Source of the DNA: Candidatus Cryptobacteroides sp.
GTDB lineage: Bacteria > Bacteroidota > Bacteroidia > Bacteroidales > UBA932
Length of the DNA: 64,000 nt
Assembly (NCBI GenBank): GCA_045644485.1
Contig: JAZRGY010000083.1
Span: forward strand, 10,313 to 74,312
Direction: 5' to 3'
The position numbers and the translations under genes were made by a program. Shown here one piece after another: positions 10,189-20,483 of this stretch (positions are counted from its first letter, which is position 1; every line of letters starts with the position of its first letter). The notes below the pieces were generated by a model. That model worked only from the letters and a program-made list of their open reading frames with translations. It was not told the DNA's origin and did no database searches.

Positions 10189-12603
10189 ATGAAAAGGATT
10201 TTGATCACACTTATGGCTGCCACGTGTCTTTCTGCAGCCATGACAGACGCACAGGAAAGACTGCCGGAGTATCTCCAGGCAGAAAAGTTCACCCAGGACA
10301 AACTCAACACAATGCTCTTCTCCACCACAGTAGACCCTCACTGGTTCCAGAAGGGCAACTGCTTCTGGTATGAGTATAAGACAAGCGACGGAACTCAGTG
10401 GTATGTGGTAGACCCGTCAAAGAAGACAAAGACTCCCCTTTTCGACAGAGACGAACTGGCCGCACAACTTACCGAAACCGTACATGACCCCTATGATGCA
10501 CTACACCTGCCTATACGTAATCTCAAGGCAAAGGAAGACGGAAAGACATTCACCTTCGAGGTGACATCCACAAAGGAAGTAAAGAATGAGAAAGGAAAGA
10601 TGGAGAAGGAAGTCTTCTACTTCTCTTACGACTACCCTACAAGGAAACTTACTCACCTGAAGGACAAGGAGAAGGATCCTAAACGTCTCAGTTGGGGTTC
10701 CATCTCCCCAGACAAGAAGACTGTAGTCTATGCAAAGGACCTCAACCTGTACAGGATGAGTTACGAAGACTACCAGAAGGCCCGCAAGGATGAAAAGGAC
10801 TCTACGATAGTCGAAATCCAACTTACTACAGACGGAGTCAAGGACTTCGGTTATGGCATGCCGTACAAGACAGTCAACACAGACACCCTCCTCAACGGGA
10901 AACGTCGTGCCGTACCCGGCTTGTGGTCTCCTGATTCACGCCATTTCGTCACCATCCTCACTGACGAGCGCGAAGTCAAGGACCTCTGGGTACTGAACGT
11001 GATGTCAAAGCCACGACCTACCCTGGAGACATATAAATATCAGATGCCTGGAGAAAAGGAAGCGCCTGTAGAGCATCTCCATATCTTCGACATGCAGGAC
11101 AACAGCCGCAAGGAGATCAAGACATCCGCCTACAAGGACCAGACTCTCGGTATAGAAAGAAAACCTCTTCTGCAGAAAGACAGGGACAAGGAGGAACGCT
11201 CTTCCGTGTGGCTAGGAGACAATGAAAGATTCTTCCTCACCCGCAGCAGCCGCGACCTCTATCGTATCGATGTATGCTCATACACCGTGGGGCAGGACAC
11301 TCTCGTACCTGTCATCGAGGAAAGGATGAACACATATCAGGAAACACGTGCACTGAAGGCTCTTGCAGACGGAAAGGAACTCATCCACTGGAGTGAACGC
11401 GACGGATGGGCCCACCTTTATCTCTACGACGACAAGGGCAACCTCAAGAACCGCATCACCAAGGGTCCATGGCATGTAGAGGAAATCCTCAAGGTCGACG
11501 AGAAGACCCGCACCGTATATTTCACTGCAAACGGCAGGAACAAGGACGAGAACCCGTATTACGAACACCTTTATAAGGTAAACCTCGACGGAACAGGCCT
11601 CACCCAGATCACACAGGGAGATTTCTTCCACCAAAGCGAGGTCGATGACGACGCGAAGTTCGTTGTTGACAATTATTCAAGGATCGACACAGTCCCTATG
11701 TGCGTCCTTCTGGACAATGCCGGAAACAAGGTCATGGACATCCAGGAGAGTGACTTCTCACAACTTTTCGCCAACGGCTACAAGTTCCCTGAACTCTTCA
11801 AGGTAAAGGCCGCAGACGGCATAACAGACCTCTACGGAGTGATGTACAAGCCGTACGACTTCGACCCCACAAAGGTCTATCCTATAATCGATTACGTATA
11901 TCCTGGTCCGCAGGTCGAGGCTGTATATTATCCGTTCACACGCATGAGCGTCCGCACGGACCGCCTCGCACAAGCCGGCTTCATCGTGATTTCCGTAGGT
12001 CAGCGCGGAGGCCATCCGAGCAGATCGAAATGGTATCATAACTACGGATACGGAAACATGAGGGACTATCCTCTGGCCGACCATAAATATGCGATTGAGC
12101 AACTTGCGAACCGCCATGACTTCATCGACATCAACAAGGTCGGAATCCACGGTCATTCGGGCGGAGGATTCATGACCACAGCGGCGATGTGCCAGTATCC
12201 GGACTTCTTCAAGGTGGGAGTATCATGCGCAGGAAACCACGACAACACGATATATAACAGATGGTGGAGCGAGACCCACCACGGAGTCAAGGAGACCGTC
12301 AGCGACAAGGGAGACACTACATTCGTATATAAGATCGGAACGAATCCTGAGATAGCAAAGAACCTCAAAGGTCATCTTCTCCTAGTCCATGGAGACATCG
12401 ACGACAATGTCCATCCTGGAAATACAATCCGCGTTGTAGACGCTCTTATCAGGGCCGGCAAGCGCTTCGACATGCTCATGCTCCCACAGCAGAGACACGC
12501 CTTCGGCGACATGAACGAATACTTCTACTGGCGACTCGTCGACTACTTCTCCGAGCACCTCAAGGGTCAGAGCGAGAAGTCTGTGGACATCCCGAAACGT
12601 TAG
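10189..12603 (+). CDS. S9B dipeptidyl-peptidase IV family peptidase
   Basis: Signal peptide, DPPIV_N propeller (WSPDS), GHSGGG nucleophile, DDNVH Asp and QRH His. Confidence 0.9.
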   Translation: MKRILITLMAATCLSAAMTDAQERLPEYLQAEKFTQDKLNTMLFSTTVDPHWFQKGNCFWYEYKTSDGTQWYVVDPSKKTKTPLFDRDELAAQLTETVHDPYDALHLPIRNLKAKEDGKTFTFEVTSTKEVKNEKGKMEKEVFYFSYDYPTRKLTHLKDKEKDPKRLSWGSISPDKKTVVYAKDLNLYRMSYEDYQKARKDEKDSTIVEIQLTTDGVKDFGYGMPYKTVNTDTLLNGKRRAVPGLWSPDSRHFVTILTDEREVKDLWVLNVMSKPRPTLETYKYQMPGEKEAPVEHLHIFDMQDNSRKEIKTSAYKDQTLGIERKPLLQKDRDKEERSSVWLGDNERFFLTRSSRDLYRIDVCSYTVGQDTLVPVIEERMNTYQETRALKALADGKELIHWSERDGWAHLYLYDDKGNLKNRITKGPWHVEEILKVDEKTRTVYFTANGRNKDENPYYEHLYKVNLDGTGLTQITQGDFFHQSEVDDDAKFVVDNYSRIDTVPMCVLLDNAGNKVMDIQESDFSQLFANGYKFPELFKVKAADGITDLYGVMYKPYDFDPTKVYPIIDYVYPGPQVEAVYYPFTRMSVRTDRLAQAGFIVISVGQRGGHPSRSKWYHNYGYGNMRDYPLADHKYAIEQLANRHDFIDINKVGIHGHSGGGFMTTAAMCQYPDFFKVGVSCAGNHDNTIYNRWWSETHHGVKETVSDKGDTTFVYKIGTNPEIAKNLKGHLLLVHGDIDDNVHPGNTIRVVDALIRAGKRFDMLMLPQQRHAFGDMNEYFYWRLVDYFSEHLKGQSEKSVDIPKR

Positions 12604-12615
12604 CAACATTGCTTT

Positions 12616-12725
12616 ATAGAACAGTTCCCGCTGGTAATATCCGGTGACCCCCGCCTCCCTTTCGGGAGGCACCCCTAGCCGGGGATGGCATGTCACCTAT
12701 ATATTACCAGCGGGAACTGTTTTAT
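12616..12725. repeat. branched palindromic element with 21-bp terminal inverted repeats (MITE-like)
   Basis: AACAGTTCCCGCTGGTAATAT (12620-12640) pairs with ATATTACCAGCGGGAACTGTT (12701-12721). Inside are a GGTGAC/GTCACC stem and two small hairpins. Confidence 0.7.
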
Positions 12726-12735
12726 TAGGGAAAAG

Positions 12736-14967
<2,232 letters not shown>

Positions 14968-14969
14968 TT

Positions 14970-15015
14970 AAGATTTCTCGTCATTTCGAGCACCCGAAGG
15001 GTGTCGAGAAATCTT
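14970..15015. repeat. CGTC-tagged REP-like palindrome
   Basis: CGTCATTTCGAGCACCCGAAGGGTGTCGAGAAATCT, plus an outer AAGATTTCTCG/CGAGAAATCTT stem. Abuts the stop of the upstream GH13 gene. Confidence 0.7.
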
Positions 15016-16946
15016 CATCGCCTGTATTCAACGATAAGTACGCTCTGCGGACCGACGACAGTTGCATCCGAAACCTCGCAAGGCTCACCCGTCATCACGT
15101 CCACACCGTCCTTCAAGCCGGCAGAAATCTCCTTGTAATATGTCCAAGGAATGTTCTTAGGCTCGTTGGAATTGTTTATATACACAAAGATAACATCATT
15201 ATCGTCATAACGAAAATATCCGTAAGTATTATCACGTGTCATGAAATGCATAGTCTTTCCGTTGTGGATGACATCCTTTGTCTTTCTCCACTGGAAAAGG
15301 TGGCTCACGAAGTCGAAAAGGTCGGCTGCCTGTCCCTTCGGAACGGCAAGTCCGTCGGTATTTCTTGATGCATCCGCACGTCCTTCCGCCGAGAAGAGGT
15401 CCATCTCATCCCCTTCCCATCCTCCTGGGAAGTCTACGCGGAGTCCGCCGTGGTCACCGGCATCCTTGAGATTGTTGGAAACGAACATGAGTTCGTCACC
15501 GGCAAATATCTGCGGATAACCTCGCATTGTAGCCATCATCGCCATAGCGATCTTAACCCTGTCCGGATTCTTGCGAAGAACATCTCCAAGACGTGCTGTG
15601 TCATGATTTCCCGGGAAGATCATCATATTGGACAGATCATGATACACAAAGTCATGCGAAAGTATGTCGTACACACGTGTCATACCTTCTCCCCAACCTG
15701 GATTGTCCTCATTCAGCCCTGCACGCATTGCATCGTGAAGAGGGAAGTCCATGATGGACTTGAGGTGCGAATTGAAACCATCCTTATTCTCATTGTCACC
15801 CTGCCAGTATGCAAGTTGCGGGATGGAAGCGGTCCAGCATTCTCCTACGATATTGAAGTTCGGATACTCATCCATCACAGCCTTGCACCATGCAGCCATA
15901 GGATCTTTCTCGTTGTACGGATATGTATCCACGCGGAAACCGTCAAGGTCAGCCCATTCGATCCACCATATGGCCCACTGCTGGAAATACTTGAGGACAA
16001 ATGGATTATCAAGATTCATATCCACCATTGAAGTGTCGAACCATCCGCTCTCCTGGATATAGAGATCCTGCTTTGAAGCATTAGGGTCCATGTTGGTAGA
16101 GAAGGCGATGTTCGAACCTGTATATGTATCGAACACATGGTACCAGTCCTTGAAAGGAACGTCCTTCATCCACCAATGTCCTGAACCTGCATGGTTAGGA
16201 ACTATGTCCATGATTATCTTGAGGTCCTTTTCGTGTGCCTTCTGCACATATGTCCTGAAAAGTTCGTTGTCACCGAAACGAGGGTCGATATGGTAATAGT
16301 CAGTACATGCATAGCCATGGTATGTGGTCACAGGCAGGTTGTCTTCCAGAAGAGGGGTACACCATATTGCTGTGGCTCCCAGTTCGCTGATATAATCCAG
16401 ATGGTCTATTATACCCTGGATATCACCTCCGTGACGTCCGAAAGGCTGGTTACGCGCTGCCTTATCAAGGGTATTGTCGGTCGAATCGTTCGACGGGTCG
16501 CCGTTTGCAAAACGGTCCGGCATGATAAGATAGATCATGTCTGCAGTAGTGAAACTTGTACGTTCCGCCGAGCCTTCCCTACGTGCAGAGATCTGGTAAG
16601 GGTACTTGAAGGACTGGCCGTCCTTTGAGAACACGAGGTAGTATGTACCTGGAGTCGCATTTGAAGCGATGCTTACATCTACGAAAAGGTAGTTGGGACT
16701 GTCTGCCTTGTTGACCTTCTCCACTTCCACACCTTTACCACCTTCTATCGTCACATCATAATCCGAGATACCCTCTCCCTGAACAAGGATCTGAAGAGGC
16801 ATCTTCATTCCTGTCCACCATGAGAGAGGCTCCACCCTTGTGACCTGCTCCGCAGTCGCATCTGCGACTGCAGCAGGGTCGAAAGCCGGCTTGCCCGCGC
16901 ATGCTGCGAGTGCTATGAGGGTCAGTATTGTCAGGATTTTTTTCAT
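15015..16946 (-). CDS. susA: GH13 neopullulanase/cyclomaltodextrinase (SusA-like), lipoprotein signal
   Basis: RVEPLSWW N-domain, IYLIMPDRFANGD, GFRVDT, GECW and NHD catalytic motifs; LAAC lipobox. Confidence 0.88.
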   Translation of the reverse strand: MKKILTILTLIALAACAGKPAFDPAAVADATAEQVTRVEPLSWWTGMKMPLQILVQGEGISDYDVTIEGGKGVEVEKVNKADSPNYLFVDVSIASNATPGTYYLVFSKDGQSFKYPYQISARREGSAERTSFTTADMIYLIMPDRFANGDPSNDSTDNTLDKAARNQPFGRHGGDIQGIIDHLDYISELGATAIWCTPLLEDNLPVTTYHGYACTDYYHIDPRFGDNELFRTYVQKAHEKDLKIIMDIVPNHAGSGHWWMKDVPFKDWYHVFDTYTGSNIAFSTNMDPNASKQDLYIQESGWFDTSMVDMNLDNPFVLKYFQQWAIWWIEWADLDGFRVDTYPYNEKDPMAAWCKAVMDEYPNFNIVGECWTASIPQLAYWQGDNENKDGFNSHLKSIMDFPLHDAMRAGLNEDNPGWGEGMTRVYDILSHDFVYHDLSNMMIFPGNHDTARLGDVLRKNPDRVKIAMAMMATMRGYPQIFAGDELMFVSNNLKDAGDHGGLRVDFPGGWEGDEMDLFSAEGRADASRNTDGLAVPKGQAADLFDFVSHLFQWRKTKDVIHNGKTMHFMTRDNTYGYFRYDDNDVIFVYINNSNEPKNIPWTYYKEISAGLKDGVDVMTGEPCEVSDATVVGPQSVLIVEYRR

Positions 16947-16967
16947 TTTTCTTCGTTATATTTTTAA

Positions 16968-16993
16968 AGATTCCTCGACTTCGCTCGGAATGA
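16968..16993. repeat. REP-like palindrome (same family as 14970)
   Basis: Minus strand TCATTCCGAGCGAAGTCGAGGAATCT, 7 nt after the amylase stop. Confidence 0.65.
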
Positions 16994-17000
16994 TATATAA

Positions 17001-18224
17001 TTACTCAGCAGTTATTTCCCAACCCCATGGAGCCTTGAGTTCAACCTTTACGGTAACCTTGTTCTCCGGAAGGGTACGTGTGAATACAAGCACACCGTCT
17101 TCAGCGGACACAACCTCGAACTTGCCGCCCTTGCCGCCCGCTGCAAGTGCAGGGTTTGCATGACGGATCTCACAGAGTTCCTTGTAGAAATCGAAATATC
17201 CGTTCTTCTCCCATGCAGGTACATGGTCCTTCTCAAAGAACTCGAACCTTTTGTTCCAGCCCATTTCCTGACCACTGTAGATGAGAGGCTGACCGTTAGG
17301 CAGAGTGAATGTAAGGACTGCCATTACCTTGGCAGCGTCACCCATCCTCTCGAATTCTGTACCAGCCCATGAATTCTCATCGTGGTTTGAGGTGAACATG
17401 AGACGGAATGCATCGGAAGGATGTCTTTCCAAGTCCTTCTCAAGGTATGATACAAGGTCCTCAACTCCTTGCTCTCCTCGTGCGATGGAGTTCATCATGT
17501 GGTGAAGTTCCCATGAATATGAGGCGTTGAAGTCAGAAAGGGTATGAAGCATAGGCTCCTCTCCTTCCGCAAGCCAATACATGTGCGGATAGTCTGCGCG
17601 AAGATCCGCGATGGTCTCCTGCCAGAATTCGAGGGGAACCTCGCATGCCATATCGCAACGGAAGCCGTCGATACCGCGTTCCATCCAGAAACGGAGGGCA
17701 TCCTGCATTCCCTTCCATACGTCTTTGTTCTCATAGTTGAGGTTTGCAGTGTCGGACCAGTCTGCTGTAAAGGTCGTATTACCTTCAGCATCACGCTCAT
17801 ACCAGTCTGCAGGCTTGCCGTTCACCCACACGGCGTCTGGAGAAGTATGGTTCGCCACCCAGTCGATGACCACGCGGAGTCCCAATCTGTGCGCCTCGGC
17901 CACAAAGTTGTCGAAGTCCTCGAGAGTTCCGAATTCAGGGTTGACGTCGCAATAGTTCTTCACGGCATAGTATGAACCGAGGGTTCCCTTGCGTCCCTCT
18001 ACGCCGATAGGATAGATCGGCATGAGCCATACGATATCGACTCCCATTTCCGCAAGACGAGGAAGTTCCTGCTGTGCTGCGGCAAATGTTCCCGCAGGAG
18101 TATACTGGCGTACGTTCATCTCGTACACCACTGAATTTTCAAGAGGCTGCTGCACGGATTTCTCCGTCTGCGCACATGACATGGCCATGAATGCTGCTGT
18201 AATTGCAATTATTATCTTCTTCAT
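17001..18224 (-). CDS. GH13 alpha-amylase family glycosidase, lipoprotein
   Basis: VVYEMNVRQYT, DWVANH, GFRCDMA, LAEG and NHDEN; AMSC lipobox. Confidence 0.9.
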   Translation of the reverse strand: MKKIIIAITAAFMAMSCAQTEKSVQQPLENSVVYEMNVRQYTPAGTFAAAQQELPRLAEMGVDIVWLMPIYPIGVEGRKGTLGSYYAVKNYCDVNPEFGTLEDFDNFVAEAHRLGLRVVIDWVANHTSPDAVWVNGKPADWYERDAEGNTTFTADWSDTANLNYENKDVWKGMQDALRFWMERGIDGFRCDMACEVPLEFWQETIADLRADYPHMYWLAEGEEPMLHTLSDFNASYSWELHHMMNSIARGEQGVEDLVSYLEKDLERHPSDAFRLMFTSNHDENSWAGTEFERMGDAAKVMAVLTFTLPNGQPLIYSGQEMGWNKRFEFFEKDHVPAWEKNGYFDFYKELCEIRHANPALAAGGKGGKFEVVSAEDGVLVFTRTLPENKVTVKVELKAPWGWEITAE

Positions 18225-18247
18225 ATGTTTTATGTTGTTTTTCTTTA

Positions 18248-18305
18248 AGATCCACGATCAGGTCGGGGATGACTGCTCCGTCATTGCCGGCTTGACCGGC
18301 AATCT
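18248..18305. repeat. inverted doublet of REP-like palindromes (REPIN-like)
   Basis: AGATCCACGATCAGGTCGGGGATGAC-N6-GTCATTGCCGGCTTGACCGGCAATCT. The right end overlaps the pulA TAG stop. Confidence 0.75.
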
Positions 18306-20256
18306 ACATTTCAGCAAGGATAGTTGCAGAAGTAGCGGCTGCTGCGCACCAGTCTCCGGAGTAGGCGCCGAATCCGTCAGCATCAGCATATCCGTTCTCT
18401 GCCAGAACAATGTAGTTGCCCTGAGGAATCTCGATCTTCACATTCTTCTTCGAACCGTTCAGAACTACAGTAAGAGACTTGGCGGAATCGATTCCCTCCA
18501 GACCGCTTATGCGGAATGCCACCACACATGGGTCGTCAACCTCGATAAACTGAAGTTTCTCGCGCACAAGGTCAGCATCGCCAAGGCAGAAGCCTGGATG
18601 AGCATGACGTATTGCAGCAAGTTCAGCATAATATTTCACAAGGTCGTTATACTTGGTCTTGTATGTCCAGTCAATTGCGTTGATCGAGTCCGGCTGGTTG
18701 TAACTGTTCTTCACTCCCTGCTTATGACGGTAGAGTTCCTCACCGTTGAAGATGAAAGGAATTCCCTGAGATGTATATACCGCTGTCTGAGCAAGTTTCA
18801 CCATTCTGAGACGATCCTTTTCGGTCGCCTTTGTCGCCTCTTCGAGACGGTCACGAAGACAGTGGTCGTCGTGACAACTCACATAACTGACATGCTGGAG
18901 AGGGTTGTTTGTCCATGCCTCGACCCTCACCTGCGGATGCTGCACGCCACCTGCAATACCGAACTCTACATTCTCCTTGTTTCCTGCCACGCCATCCATG
19001 AATCCGGCATTCTCGCAGCCGAGAGGACCGCGCACGGCATCACGGATATTGTCACTGAATGCTCCCACCTTGTCCAGCATGTATGTATTCGCTTTCAACG
19101 CAATCTCCTCTGCAGGGTATGCAGGAGCCTGGGCAGCCCATCCCTCTCCGTAAATGACGACGTTCGGATCAATCGCATGCAGACGCTCACTTATCTCGTT
19201 CATGGTGTCGATATCATGAATGGCCATCAGGTCGAAACGGAAGCCGTCAATATGATACTCCTTCATCCACCACTCAAGAGATTCGATCATGTATTTGCGG
19301 AACATCTCCTGTTCAGAGGCTGTCTCGTTGCCGCAACCGGAGCCGTCGAAGAAGGTTCCGTCCTCACGCATGCGGTAGAAATATCCCGGCATGGTGCGCT
19401 CGAAACCAGTGTTCGATGCGTTTGTCGTATGGTTGTATACTACGTCCAGGATAACACGGAAACCTGCATTATGGAGAGACTGGACCATCTGTTTGAACTC
19501 CTTGATGCGCGTCACAGGGTTGTATGGGTCTGTAGAGAACGAACCCTCCACTGCATTGTAGTTGAGAGGCTCATATCCCCAGTTGTACTGATTGTCCTCA
19601 AGACGGGTCTCGTCGATTGTGGCAAAGTCGGTCGAAGGGAGCAACTGGACATATGTCACGCCAAGTTCCTTGAGGTGGTCGATACCGGTAGAAAGTCCGT
19701 CAGGGTTCTTTGTACCTTCTTCGGTAAGAGCCAGATACTTTCCCTTATTACTTACTCCGGATGTCTGATGCACAGAGAAATCCCTGTGCTGAAGTTCATA
19801 GACGATTATGTCAGATGGCTTGATCTCAGGACTCTTGTCCTCTTCCCAACCTTCCGGATCGGTCTCAGCCCAGTCTATGACTGCACCACGCATGCCGTTC
19901 ACTCCGACAGCCTTTGCTGCTATACCGGCTGTCTCCTCCAGCAACTTTCCGTCCTTCTGCACCTGGAAAGTGTAGAATGCGCCCTTCACATCTTCCTTGA
20001 CAACAGCCTTCCAGAGTCCGTCCTTTGACTTCTTCATGTTCACGATCTTGAACGCAGAATCGGCAGACGCAGAATCATAGAGTCTCAACTGTGCAGACTC
20101 CGCATCAGGAGCCCATACGGCAAACTCTGTCTTGTCACCCAGATATACACACTCTTCCAGCGTTGCCTCCGGCACAGGAAGATTTCCGTCAGATGCACAT
20201 GACACCAGAGCGGAAGCAGCCAATGTTCCCATCAATAAAACCTCAAATATCTTCAT
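18304..20256 (-). CDS. pulA: type I pullulanase (GH13), lipoprotein
   Basis: FAVWAP CBM48-like region, YNWGYEP signature, DVVYNH, GFRFDLM, YGEGW and CHDD; LVSC lipobox. Confidence 0.93.
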   Translation of the reverse strand: MKIFEVLLMGTLAASALVSCASDGNLPVPEATLEECVYLGDKTEFAVWAPDAESAQLRLYDSASADSAFKIVNMKKSKDGLWKAVVKEDVKGAFYTFQVQKDGKLLEETAGIAAKAVGVNGMRGAVIDWAETDPEGWEEDKSPEIKPSDIIVYELQHRDFSVHQTSGVSNKGKYLALTEEGTKNPDGLSTGIDHLKELGVTYVQLLPSTDFATIDETRLEDNQYNWGYEPLNYNAVEGSFSTDPYNPVTRIKEFKQMVQSLHNAGFRVILDVVYNHTTNASNTGFERTMPGYFYRMREDGTFFDGSGCGNETASEQEMFRKYMIESLEWWMKEYHIDGFRFDLMAIHDIDTMNEISERLHAIDPNVVIYGEGWAAQAPAYPAEEIALKANTYMLDKVGAFSDNIRDAVRGPLGCENAGFMDGVAGNKENVEFGIAGGVQHPQVRVEAWTNNPLQHVSYVSCHDDHCLRDRLEEATKATEKDRLRMVKLAQTAVYTSQGIPFIFNGEELYRHKQGVKNSYNQPDSINAIDWTYKTKYNDLVKYYAELAAIRHAHPGFCLGDADLVREKLQFIEVDDPCVVAFRISGLEGIDSAKSLTVVLNGSKKNVKIEIPQGNYIVLAENGYADADGFGAYSGDWCAAAATSATILAEM

Positions 20257-20334
20257 AACTTTATTATAAATTTCTTAAATGCTTACAAATCTGACGAATA
20301 TACTGTATTTTCTCTTATATATTATAATATAAAA

Positions 20335-20379
20335 GATGAACGGACGTCTGAACATGACGAACGGTCGGATTTTCAGGAC
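20335..20379 (-). promoter_or_regulatory. tandem LytTR-type operator upstream of the pulA operon
   Basis: Minus strand CCGTTCGTC-N12-CCGTTCATC (20356-20364, 20335-20343), plus a flanking GGATTTTCAGGA shared with the site at 38708. Confidence 0.75.
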
Positions 20380-20483
20380 AAATATTATACTATTCAGATT
20401 TATCCTGCCGCCTGAATCCGGTTTGGTCCGAGGATTGTCTGCGGAGCCTGTTAGTAATTTGGAATAATTATAAACAGATTCAT

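Noticed and set aside
18022-20028. 668-aa ORF antisense to pulA (and many other 60-300 aa antisense ORFs, e.g. 28578-29501, 32888-33655, 43119-43937)
   Set aside because: These are shadows of well-supported genes, with no recognisable motifs or promoters. They are expected from the codon bias of the coding strand.
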